DNA of 31,757 nt from Pseudomonadota bacterium (GTDB taxonomy: Bacteria; Pseudomonadota; Gammaproteobacteria; JAKAQQ01): positions 1 to 31,757 of the forward strand of contig DAHVLZ010000008.1 of NCBI GenBank assembly GCA_027320085.1. The letters run 5' to 3'. Of this stretch, positions 1 through 7,961 are shown in pieces. The position numbers and the translations under genes are program-made. Every line of letters starts with the position of its first letter. Positions within the stretch are counted from its first letter, which is position 1. The notes below the pieces were generated by a model. The model ran no database searches, was not told where the DNA came from, and saw only the letters and a program-made list of their open reading frames with translations.

Positions 1-131
1 CAACCCCCTGCCGCACGGGAACCGCATCCGTCATCATTCAAAGATGTGCCGCAAGGTTCTGGACCGGGCCATGGCACCTCGGAAGGGGCCGAAGGGCCTG
101 GGGGCTCGCAACGTCCGGGAGGATCCCGGGC

Positions 132-153
132 CGGGAGGCGCACCTGCCTCCCG
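132..153 (-). terminator. GC-rich hairpin downstream of the YVTN gene
   Basis: CGGGAGGC-gcacct-GCCTCCCG about 10 bp past the stop. There is no clear U-tract. Confidence 0.25.
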
Positions 154-162
154 ACTCCCGGC

Positions 163-1857
163 CTAAGCTTGAGGATTCCCCATCCGCCTCCGCCGGGTCC
201 AGCCCAAAAGACCCATCAACCCGGCAAGGATCCCCAGCCCCAGGGGCGAAAACCCGCCCCCCCCGCCTCCACTCGATGGGGGCGGCGGCGCAGTCGCCGT
301 CACCGCCACCGTTTCCGTCACCGTATCCCCAAAAGCGTCCTTTGCCGTGGCCGTCAGATTGGATGTCCCCGCCTGGCTCCCCGTGACCAGCTTGAGCGTG
401 CAACCCAGATCAGCCTCCGTCGTCCCGCAGGGAGCAGACAGTATCACCCCCGAGGCCGGAAGCACCGCCAGATTGCTGCTGGCCAAAGTCAGCGTGAAGG
501 GCGCCGTCCCGGTCAGATCGAAAGCCTCCGTCGTGCTCGCCTTCTCGCCCAGACTCACATCCGCCAGCCCGGCCAGTTGCGGGGTGATGGTGAACTGAAC
601 CAGGGCGGTGTTGCTCACCGGATCCGTCGGACTGTCCGCGGCCGTGCATGCCGCAGGCGCCTGGCCCTGCCAGGTGAAGACATCCGGTCCGCTGTAGGTG
701 GCCGAGGAAGGCGTGTAGGTATAGGCCCCGGTCGCGGCCGTGAAGACCACGCTGCCCCGGAGCGGTGACTGGACGAGGGCATCGGTGGTCGCACAGTTCG
801 TCCCGTTGCCGAGCGCCGGAACCGATGCCGTGATCTGGGTACCCACACTGCCCGAAGCACGGCTGTTATCCGCAATCAACGCCCCCGGACCCACGAATGC
901 ACCCAGGGAAAGAGGACTACTTCCCACCGTGACCGTCGTGACCACCGTGTCATTCGCGGTGTCGATCACCGAAACAGTGCCGTTGCCGTAGTTTGCGACG
1001 TAGACCCGGCTGCCATCCGGACTCACCGCGACGCCTGCAGGATCCAGGCCAACGGTCACCGCCCCCACTACCGTGTCGTTCGCGGTGTCGATCACCGAAA
1101 CGGTGGCACTGGTTAGGTTTGCAACATAGACGCGGCTGCCGTCCGGACTCACCGCAACGCCAAAGGGCTCAGAGCCAACACTCACCGTCGAGACCACCGT
1201 GTCATTCGCGGCGTCGATCACCGAAACGGTGGCGCTGCCTTCGTTTGCGACATAGACCCGGCTGCCGTCCGGACTCACCGCAACGCCTGTGGGGCTCGTG
1301 CCAACGGTCACCGTCGAGACCACCGTGTCGGTGGCGGTGTCGATCACCGAAACCGTACCACTGCTAGCGTTTGCGACATAGACGCGGCTGCCGTCCGGAC
1401 TCACTGCGACGCCTGTGGGGCCTGTGCCAACGCGCACCGTCGAGACTACCGTGTCGGTGGCCGTGTCAATCACCGAAACGGTGTTGCCGCTTAAGTTTGT
1501 GACATAGACGTGGCTGCCGTCCGGACTCACCGCAACACCATAGGGGACAGAGCCAACGGTCACTGTCACCACCACTGTGCCGGTGGCGGTGTCGATCACC
1601 GAAACGCTGCCGCTGCTATCGTTTACGATATAGACGTGGCTGCCGTCCGGACTCACCGCGGCACCATACGGACCTGTGCCAACCGCGACCGTCGAGACCA
1701 CCGTGTTGTTCGCGGTGTCAATCACCGAAACGGTGGCGCTGGCTGCGTTTGCGACATAGGCCTGGGGGGCGGCCCCGGCCGTGCTGGCCATCAGGCCCGA
1801 CAGCAACACCACCACGGGCAAAAGCCCCCGATACGGAGAAAATAGACGAGATTTCAT
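163..1857 (-). CDS. Secreted YVTN-type 7-bladed beta-propeller protein with Ig/cadherin-like stalk and GlyGly-CTERM anchor
   Basis: Signal peptide (LLPVVVLLSGLMASTAGA), seven ~42-aa repeats VYVAN..S.TVSVIDTA.DTVV.TV.VG..P.GVAVSPDGS, GAYTYTP...YSGPDVFTW (Big_9-like) and C-terminal SSGGGGGG-hydrophobic-RRRR. Start placed at ATG 1857, which follows GGAGG, rather than 1917. Confidence 0.88.
   Translation of the reverse strand: MKSRLFSPYRGLLPVVVLLSGLMASTAGAAPQAYVANAASATVSVIDTANNTVVSTVAVGTGPYGAAVSPDGSHVYIVNDSSGSVSVIDTATGTVVVTVTVGSVPYGVAVSPDGSHVYVTNLSGNTVSVIDTATDTVVSTVRVGTGPTGVAVSPDGSRVYVANASSGTVSVIDTATDTVVSTVTVGTSPTGVAVSPDGSRVYVANEGSATVSVIDAANDTVVSTVSVGSEPFGVAVSPDGSRVYVANLTSATVSVIDTANDTVVGAVTVGLDPAGVAVSPDGSRVYVANYGNGTVSVIDTANDTVVTTVTVGSSPLSLGAFVGPGALIADNSRASGSVGTQITASVPALGNGTNCATTDALVQSPLRGSVVFTAATGAYTYTPSSATYSGPDVFTWQGQAPAACTAADSPTDPVSNTALVQFTITPQLAGLADVSLGEKASTTEAFDLTGTAPFTLTLASSNLAVLPASGVILSAPCGTTEADLGCTLKLVTGSQAGTSNLTATAKDAFGDTVTETVAVTATAPPPPSSGGGGGGFSPLGLGILAGLMGLLGWTRRRRMGNPQA
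890..1761 (-). repeat. Seven ~126-bp intragenic tandem repeats (YVTN blades)
   Basis: Motifs gctgccgtccggactcaccgc and gatcaccgaaac recur with a 126-bp period. Confidence 0.9.
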
Positions 1858-2268
1858 GCGCTTCCCCTCCATTGATCTACTGGCTTGCAAGAGCCGGCTT
1901 CTTTTTCCAATTTTCATCGTACCCCTTCCAGGTCAGGTGTCAAATGGCACCCAGAAGCTGCCGGGCCGAGGTGGAATTGATCGTGTGGTTACCGGCCAGA
2001 AATGTCCCCCTTGAGGCCGCGACACAGGTCCGGAGCAAAGAGACGGTCGTTGTGCTCCTTGCCGGAGCAAGGCCGGGCCAGGGTCATGATCCCACCGCAC
2101 CATCCTCATTCCCGGGAAATCGCATTCGAGAAGCAGGGGGCTGCGATACTCGAAGGCGGAAAAGCCGGGACCTGCAACCCGGGTTGCCTCGGGTCTAGTG
2201 ATGCATTGCAACCCGTTCAAAAGTGACAAGCACAATCGATTACAAAATTTGATGAAAGGGGGTATCCC

Positions 2269-2712
2269 ATGACAACAAAACCGTGGGTGTCTCAAGTCAG
2301 GCTATTGCTTGCCTTTGTTCTTGCGCTTGGTTTCACCTCGTTGGCGTATGCGCACGGCTTCTGGGACGGGATCAGCTTCCATTGCGACGGACAGGAGCTG
2401 AGGTCACGCTACATCGCAACGTACACCGGTCTTTTTGCGGAAGGAGGACACACGGCCTGGCTGAAAGTGGGTACTTATGATCCGAATACCGTACTTCTGC
2501 ACGTTGCCGTCTACGACTACAGCAACAATCTAGTTGTCTCCTATCAATGCACGACCACACTTTCATCAAATTGCATCCTTCGATGGACGCCCAAGTGGAA
2601 TGGGGACTTCTATCTAAAGATCGAGAACGAGGGCAGCAGTACCGTGGAATATGAATGGCATTACACAAATACGGTGGGATGGTATTCGAGTCCTTTCATT
2701 AACTGCTATTAG
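2269..2712 (+). CDS. Secreted hypothetical protein, PPC-like beta-sandwich
   Basis: GGGGG RBS and signal peptide ending AYA. The segment VAVYD..NNLV....C.L.WTPKWNGDFYLKIEN.G resembles pre-peptidase C-terminal-like small proteins. Confidence 0.65.
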   Translation: MTTKPWVSQVRLLLAFVLALGFTSLAYAHGFWDGISFHCDGQELRSRYIATYTGLFAEGGHTAWLKVGTYDPNTVLLHVAVYDYSNNLVVSYQCTTTLSSNCILRWTPKWNGDFYLKIENEGSSTVEYEWHYTNTVGWYSSPFINCY

Positions 2713-2795
2713 TCTTGGTTGAGAGTACCGAGTTTTAGCCGATGATCGGCGCCGCCGGTGATCCTGCGTTTATGGAGCCGGCGCATCGGGCCCTG

Positions 2796-4127
2796 TCAGT
2801 TGCGTGCCCGTGACGCGGCGTTTCGGGGAAACTCCAGGCGAAAGGCTGAGCGTATCGAATCGCGTTGCGCGGGTCGCACTCCCGCCTCATCGGCATACTC
2901 CGGCCAACGCGTCACTGCCGCGCGCACCTCATCGAGTATTGTCTCGGCACGGCCGCGCTTGAGGCCTGCGGTCGCGGCGCAGGCCCGGAAGTCTTCAACG
3001 GCAAATCCATCTTGCTTGCCACCGATCGTCATCTGGTGATATCGGGTCCAGCGGCCTTCCGGGTTGTGCGCAAAGGTGAGGTCGAAGGCGGGCGCGAGCG
3101 ACCACGCGCCCCGCGGATTCATCAGGAACGCGATGTTCTTGACATGGTCATCCTGATTGCGGGCGACGACGTTGAAGGCCATCCGCCGGAATTGCTGCTC
3201 CAGGGCGCTCATCGGGAGCGCCAGCTTCCGGATGACGTCGAAGGCCTGCTCGTACGAATGCGCGCCGGCGGTATTGAAGTCGAGATGCGCGAGCGCCGCC
3301 AGTGACTGCATGTGGATCTTCCCGCCGGTGCTCGTGCGGTCGAAGCGGCGCGTCATGAAATGCCGGCGGCCGCCTTCCTCGAGCAGCCGGCACTCGGTCA
3401 TGTCGATACCCGCACTGCGGGCCATGAGCGAGTAGGCGTACTCGATGACCGTGTAGTCCTTGGGGTCTTCCAGCTCCTGGTCACGGTTGCCACTCACGCC
3501 GTCAAACTTGAGCAGCCAGTAGCCGAACCCCTCGGGCGCTGCCACTTGGCCGGAACGGACCTCATTCGTCCCGGGATTCCACGCGATGATCGCCTTTGCG
3601 CGTGCCCCGCCGGCCGACGTGCCGACGCGCAGGAGGTCCCGGAGAGCGACGTTGCGCTGGTTCGGGGTGAAGGAGCCGCGGAGCACATCCCGGTGAGTGA
3701 GGATGTCGGAGGCGAGCGCAACGAGGGCGTCGATACGGATTCTCGTCGATTGCCGGGGCCGCGGGCCCGTGACAGGCGCGAATTCAAGCGCACCCATGCC
3801 GCGCGATCCGGTGTAGCAGAGCCGCTCGACCGGGTTGAAGCTTGCGGGGGTCCGGCCCTGGGTCGCGAGCCAGGCGTCGATGAGCGCGTTGCCGAACTTG
3901 TCCGGCAGTGAGTCAGCGACCAACCCCGGCAACCCATGGAAGGAAAGTCGGGATAGCGCCGGGAAGGTGTAGATCCGTGGCGAGAGCGGCATGACGATCG
4001 GCGATACCTCAATGCCGCTGCGCGCGAATTCGGGGTCATACTGGAATGCAGCCGCATCGCCCGGCTCGTCCAGGGACACGGCCGCGATGCGCCGGCCCCA
4101 GAGCCTCACTTCGGCGATCGTGGTCAT
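2796..4127 (-). CDS. hipA: HipA-family serine/threonine kinase toxin
   Basis: HipA N-terminal couple domain (FQYDPEF, DSLPDKFGN), P-loop TSAGGARAK, NQDDHVKN and LAPAFDL. Confidence 0.95.
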   Translation of the reverse strand: MTTIAEVRLWGRRIAAVSLDEPGDAAAFQYDPEFARSGIEVSPIVMPLSPRIYTFPALSRLSFHGLPGLVADSLPDKFGNALIDAWLATQGRTPASFNPVERLCYTGSRGMGALEFAPVTGPRPRQSTRIRIDALVALASDILTHRDVLRGSFTPNQRNVALRDLLRVGTSAGGARAKAIIAWNPGTNEVRSGQVAAPEGFGYWLLKFDGVSGNRDQELEDPKDYTVIEYAYSLMARSAGIDMTECRLLEEGGRRHFMTRRFDRTSTGGKIHMQSLAALAHLDFNTAGAHSYEQAFDVIRKLALPMSALEQQFRRMAFNVVARNQDDHVKNIAFLMNPRGAWSLAPAFDLTFAHNPEGRWTRYHQMTIGGKQDGFAVEDFRACAATAGLKRGRAETILDEVRAAVTRWPEYADEAGVRPAQRDSIRSAFRLEFPRNAASRARN

Positions 4128-4130
4128 GGA

Positions 4131-4568
4131 TCAGGTCTTCTGCTTGCTGGAGCGTGCGCTCCTTGCGGGCGACTGGCCGGCAGCCGGGGGGCCATCCCAG
4201 CTCCACGGACGGGTCGGCGCGCCCTGCCCGACCTCGCCTGCACGCTCCGGAACTTCGCGCCGGCCGCGACGGTGCACGACCCGCTGGCGCGGCTTGCCCA
4301 GACGCTCGAGCCGCCCGATTGGGCTGGCGGGCAACTCGGGAAGCAGCCGCTCGAAACCGTCGAGGGCGTTGAGCGCCCTCAGTACACGGATGAGGGTGAG
4401 AAGCTCGGCACCGCAGCCAGCCTCGATGCGCTCGAGGGTGCGCTTACCAATGCCGGCCTGCTCGGAGAGCTCGGCCTGCGTCAAGCCTGCGTCGATGCGG
4501 TACCGCTCGATCCTGATCCCGATGATCTGGGTGATGGCCATGTCAGTCAGATTGGATTCAATTCTCAT
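4131..4568 (-). CDS. hipB: XRE/HipB-like HTH antitoxin
   Basis: YRIDAGLTQAELSEQAGIGKRTLERIEAG helix-turn-helix, 3 bp upstream of hipA. Confidence 0.88.
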   Translation of the reverse strand: MRIESNLTDMAITQIIGIRIERYRIDAGLTQAELSEQAGIGKRTLERIEAGCGAELLTLIRVLRALNALDGFERLLPELPASPIGRLERLGKPRQRVVHRRGRREVPERAGEVGQGAPTRPWSWDGPPAAGQSPARSARSSKQKT

Positions 4569-4718
4569 AACTCGTCTTTTATGGTGATTAATAAACTGAA
4601 ATTGGTAATTAATCGCCCTATATGATGGATAATATCATACAATAATTAAAACTACTAATCGTCATATATGATGATTAGTAATCATGATATATGTTCGTAT
4701 CGCCATTTATAACGAATA
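4569..4718. promoter_or_regulatory. hipBA promoter with four 22-bp imperfect palindromic operators
   Basis: AACTCGTCTTTTATGGTGATTA (4569), TAATCGCCCTATATGATGGATA (4610), TAATCGTCATATATGATGATTA (4656) and GTATCGCCATTTATAACGAATA (4697) in an AT-rich stretch. Confidence 0.8.
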
Positions 4719-4754
4719 ATATAGTCTATATATGAGAACCGGGTTCGGAGGGTC

Positions 4755-4786
4755 GGGGTCGTCTCAGAAAACGGAAAAAAATCGTA
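4755..4786 (+). repeat. Left Tn3-family terminal inverted repeat (32 of 38 bp recognisable)
   Basis: GGGGTCGTCTCAGAAAACGGAAAAAAATCGTA. The inner CGCTAAG end is absent. Confidence 0.88.
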
Positions 4787-4817
4787 TTACCATCTCAACG
4801 AGTTTCGATAAGAAAGG

Positions 4818-5114
4818 ATGCCCATGCGACCGTCCGTTGTGCTTGACATGAAGCGAATCGCAGTGCGTGAAGCGGTAGGCCGTTTTCGCACGGCGAACCC
4901 GCGCGTCTTCGGATCGGTGCTGCAGGGTACCGACCAGGACGGCAGCGACCTTGATCTGTTGGTTGACGCGCTGCCCGGTGCGACGTTGTTGGACTTGGGC
5001 GATTTGGAAGAAGAGCTGAAATCGCTGCTCGGCGTCGATGTCGATTTGCTGACCCCCGGCGACCTACCGCCGAAGTTCCGGGCCAAAGTGCTCGCGGAGG
5101 CGCAGCCGGTATGA
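4818..5114 (+). CDS. mntA: Minimal nucleotidyltransferase (MNT) antitoxin
   Basis: FGSVLQGTDQDGSDLDLL matches the GSX10DXD motif. The stop overlaps the HEPN start (ATGA). Confidence 0.9.
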   Translation: MPMRPSVVLDMKRIAVREAVGRFRTANPRVFGSVLQGTDQDGSDLDLLVDALPGATLLDLGDLEEELKSLLGVDVDLLTPGDLPPKFRAKVLAEAQPV

Positions 5115-5399
5115 GCGAGAACCACCGACTGCCCGGTTACCTTGACCACATCCAGCAGGCTGTCATCATGAGCCTCAATCATCGTCGGCGAGGCCGCCAC
5201 GAAGGTGATGGGTGGCTACGCCGAGTTCACCCAGGCGCACCCCGAGGTGCCTTGGCGCAGCATGCGCAACATGCGAAATCGCATGGCCCACGGCGATTTC
5301 GACATCAACCTCGACGTGGTGTGGGAGACAACACAGGAATGGCTGCCGGCATTGCTCGAACAACTGCCTGCCGTGCGCCAAGATGCGGACTCGAAATGA
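5111..5399 (+). pseudogene. hepT: HEPN/DUF86 RNase toxin (HepT-like), disrupted
   Basis: The N-terminus MSENHRLPGYLDHIQQAVIMSL shifts frame near 5177 into IIVGEAATKVM...PWRSMRNMRNRMAHGDFDINLDVVWET (RX4H motif). It is also short, consistent with an internal deletion. Confidence 0.85.
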
Positions 5400-5481
5400 G
5401 TCGCAACCGTCCAAACCCGCAAGAACACCTCCCTGAAGAAGTGCTTTCTGCGCAAGTAAAGGAGCAAATGAACCTTCATTT

Positions 5482-5772
5482 ATGAATCCATCCAAAGTTG
5501 ATCGCTTACGTGTCCGGTGCTTGACTGACTTGCCCAATGTCGGCAAAGAAACGGCCAAGGACCTTCGATTGCTTGGTTATACCAAGCCCGCAGACATTGC
5601 CGGCGAGTGTCCGTTTGATATGTATGAACGCCTGTGTGAAATCACTGGTATGCGCCATGACCCGTGCGTAATCGACGTTTTTGTGTCAGTCACGGAGTTT
5701 CTCGGCGGCAAGCCACCACGCCCCTGGTGGGAATTCACCAATAGCAGAAAAAACCAGCCCAGAAAGGTTTAA
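5482..5772 (+). CDS. Cdd1-like / mitomycin-resistance helix-hairpin-helix protein
   Basis: LTDLPNVGK..A.DLRLLG, MYERLC..TG.RHDPCVIDVF and PWWEFT. Confidence 0.8.
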   Translation: MNPSKVDRLRVRCLTDLPNVGKETAKDLRLLGYTKPADIAGECPFDMYERLCEITGMRHDPCVIDVFVSVTEFLGGKPPRPWWEFTNSRKNQPRKV

Positions 5773-5776
5773 TGAA

Positions 5777-6169
5777 ATGAAATTTGGTTACACGATCATC
5801 TACGTCAATTCGGTTGCCGATGTGCTGGCGTTCTATGAAAAAGCATTTGGATTCAAATCCAAGTTCTTGCACGAATCAGGCGAATACGGGGAGCTAGATA
5901 CCGGTGCTACAGCTCTTGCATTTGCATCCCTCGGACTTGCTGAGGCTAATTTCGGTAAGGGCTATCTCCCGGTAAGCGCGGAAGCTCTGCCACCTGGAAT
6001 TGAACTGGCGTTCGTAACCGATGACGTACAGGCGGCTTATCAGAACGCTGTTGACTGCGGTGCGAGCTCCGTTGGCAGCCCTGTCGAAAAACCGTGGGGC
6101 CAAGTAGTTGCTTACGTGCGTTCGATTGAGGGCACACTGATCGAACTGTGTTCCCCCATCGGCGGCTAG
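5777..6169 (+). CDS. VOC (glyoxalase/bleomycin-resistance) family protein
   Basis: MKFGYTIIYV....LAFYEKAFG and KPWGQVVAYVR...GTLIELC. Start at ATG 5777 after AAAGG. Confidence 0.88.
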   Translation: MKFGYTIIYVNSVADVLAFYEKAFGFKSKFLHESGEYGELDTGATALAFASLGLAEANFGKGYLPVSAEALPPGIELAFVTDDVQAAYQNAVDCGASSVGSPVEKPWGQVVAYVRSIEGTLIELCSPIGG

Positions 6170-6182
6170 TATTGGTCGGCAT

Positions 6183-6740
6183 ATGCTCATAGGCTACGCT
6201 CGCGTCTCGACGCACGACCAGAACCTCGAATTGCAGCGTGAGGCACTAACCAAGGCCGGATGCAAAAAGGTCTTCGAGGACAAAGTGAGCGGCACGCGGG
6301 CAGACCGGCCAAGCTTGGCCAAGACGCTCGAAATGCTGCGGGAGGGCGATACGCTGGTCGTCTGGAAGCTCGACCGTCTTGGCCGCTCGGTCAAGCAATT
6401 GGTTGATCTGGTCGGCGAGTTACACAAGCAAGGTGTCCAGTTCAGGAGCCTCACCGACTCCATCGGCACCGGCACGCCGTCCGGGCGCTTCTTCTTCCAG
6501 GCCATGGTGAGCCTGGCCGAGATGGAGCGCGAGCTGACCGTCGAACGCACCCGAGCCGGACTGGAAGTTGCCAAACAGCTAGGCCGCAAGGGTGGTCGCA
6601 AGCCCAAGATGACCGACAGCAAGATCGAATCGGCCAAGAAGCTCCTGGCCAGCGGCGTGCCGCCCAAGGACGTGGCCAAGAACCTCGGCGTGTCCATTCC
6701 GACGCTCTACCGCTGGGTGCCAGCCTCAGCACACGCGTAG
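6183..6740 (+). CDS. Serine recombinase (resolvase / Pin-Hin invertase type)
   Basis: MLIGYARVST catalytic Ser, KLDRLGRS, EMERELTVERTRAGL and a C-terminal HTH. The stop lies inside the right IR. Confidence 0.95.
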   Translation: MLIGYARVSTHDQNLELQREALTKAGCKKVFEDKVSGTRADRPSLAKTLEMLREGDTLVVWKLDRLGRSVKQLVDLVGELHKQGVQFRSLTDSIGTGTPSGRFFFQAMVSLAEMERELTVERTRAGLEVAKQLGRKGGRKPKMTDSKIESAKKLLASGVPPKDVAKNLGVSIPTLYRWVPASAHA

Positions 6741-6773
6741 CGTACGACTTGTTCCGTTTTCTGAGGCGGCCCC
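6736..6773 (-). repeat. Right Tn3-family 38-bp terminal inverted repeat
   Basis: The reverse complement reads GGGGCCGCCTCAGAAAACGGAACAAGTCGTACGCTACG. Confidence 0.9.
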
Positions 6774-7108
6774 AAGGTAACGTCCGGTTACCCAACCCCA
6801 GAGGACGCTCCATGAACACTCCATCGACCGAGTGCCCGAGCTTAAGGCCGGGTGTGCCATCGGCTTGACCGAACACGGAACCTGATCGGATCGCCAACGC
6901 CTTCAAACAAGCCGAACGCGCGGCAGTCCATCGTTCGTGTCCTTGCTGCCACGACCACGGCAACCGGATGCAGAAGCACGTGGGGCCGTGAAGCAGGAGA
7001 ACTCCACAGCCAGAGGTCGATTGCTTCCTCTCCGTCCCTCCACCACATCCACAACCTTGCTCCCCCGAACCCGCTGCAGGTCCTGCCATGGGCCAGAGAC
7101 CCACACTG

Positions 7109-7417
7109 TCATTCTACCGGGGCCGCACCCCCCCGGGTTTGATCCCCTCCCTTTTTCCGTTTGTGGGGTCTCGTCCACCATAGCAAGACCACCAGGGCCC
7201 ACAGGCCCATGATCTCAAGGAGCGTAAGCAGCGGACTGGGCGGGACTTCCCCGCGTAGGGTGCCGATCGAAAGCATTCCGACCACCAGTATCCAAATCCG
7301 GTACTGTTCAAGATAAACCCTGCGCTCGTGTCCCCGGAATTTCCACAGCACGTACGCTGCGAATCCGAACCAGATTCCTGAAAAAAGCAGTATTTCAATC
7401 CACATCGTCGACGTCAT
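7109..7417 (-). CDS. Small membrane protein (3 predicted TM helices), hypothetical
   Basis: Three hydrophobic segments and a basic C-terminal tail. Confidence 0.55.
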   Translation of the reverse strand: MTSTMWIEILLFSGIWFGFAAYVLWKFRGHERRVYLEQYRIWILVVGMLSIGTLRGEVPPSPLLTLLEIMGLWALVVLLWWTRPHKRKKGGDQTRGGAAPVE

Positions 7418-7480
7418 TGCGCTAGCCTGAGTTTCCCCCGCACCGAATTGCGCGAACGACGCCCCCTGATTTGTTCGGGA

Positions 7481-7915
7481 TCAGCACTGCTTCTTCTCGC
7501 GCATCACCGGCGTGAAGGTGATGCCAACCAGCAATCCTTCTGGTGAGATGAGACGACTGACCGTCTGTCCCCACGGTTCTTTCTTGCTTTTGACCAGGAC
7601 TCGATATCCCCGCGATTCAAGGGTCACGGTGGCCTGCTGGACGTTATCCACGTCAAACTCAAGCCACGCTTGGGGTACCGGGACATTGTCAGGCCAGGAA
7701 TCTTTGCCAAAGCACGATCGCGCGGCCTGGGAGAGCGGCCACAGTGCAAAAGTCTTTGCACCTTCGAGGGCTTCCGTATGGAGGTACTCGCCATTTTCCT
7801 CTGTGAAGGAGATGCCCAAGGTGTCGCTGTAGAGCTTCCGGCTTTGAGTCGTGTCGCGGACGATTGGACCAAAGCCTGCGATGAACCGTATGTTTATTCC
7901 TCCGGTTCTCTGCAT
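7481..7915 (-). CDS. VOC/glyoxalase family protein
   Basis: FIAGFGPIVRD, QAWLEFDVD and EPWGQTVSRLISPEGLLVGITFTP, with a GGGGGAG RBS. Confidence 0.85.
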   Translation of the reverse strand: MQRTGGINIRFIAGFGPIVRDTTQSRKLYSDTLGISFTEENGEYLHTEALEGAKTFALWPLSQAARSCFGKDSWPDNVPVPQAWLEFDVDNVQQATVTLESRGYRVLVKSKKEPWGQTVSRLISPEGLLVGITFTPVMREKKQC

Positions 7916-7961
7916 GGCCAAGATCTCCCCCGTTAAGCGCAGGCGCAGGTCGTTCCCCCGG

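Larger units (their letters stand above)
4755..6773. mobile_element. Non-autonomous Tn3-family (Tn21-clade IR) element of about 2.0 kb, no transposase
   Basis: Bounded by two Tn21-like inverted repeats and containing mntA/hepT, cargo genes and a serine recombinase. The 5-bp flanks differ (GGGTC vs AAGGT). Confidence 0.85.

Noticed and set aside
1-37. Possible gene start on the minus strand (MMTDAVPVRQGV...) running off the window
   Set aside because: Only 12 codons are visible, so it cannot be supported.
890-1761. Regularly spaced repeats resembling a CRISPR array
   Set aside because: The 126-bp period is in-frame protein repeats (YVTN). The intervening parts are homologous rather than unique spacers, and no cas genes are present.
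4569-4718. Four repeats as a mini-CRISPR or iterons
   Set aside because: Degenerate palindromes with short AT-rich gaps directly upstream of an XRE antitoxin. Operators explain them.
5400-6182. Integron cassette array
   Set aside because: No attC-like RYYYAAC...GTTRRRY structures, gaps of only 4-13 bp after the genes, and no tyrosine integrase.
6774-7108. Short ORFs and the palindrome GGTAAC-N5-GTTACC right of the IR
   Set aside because: No recognisable protein, and a 6-bp stem is within chance expectation.
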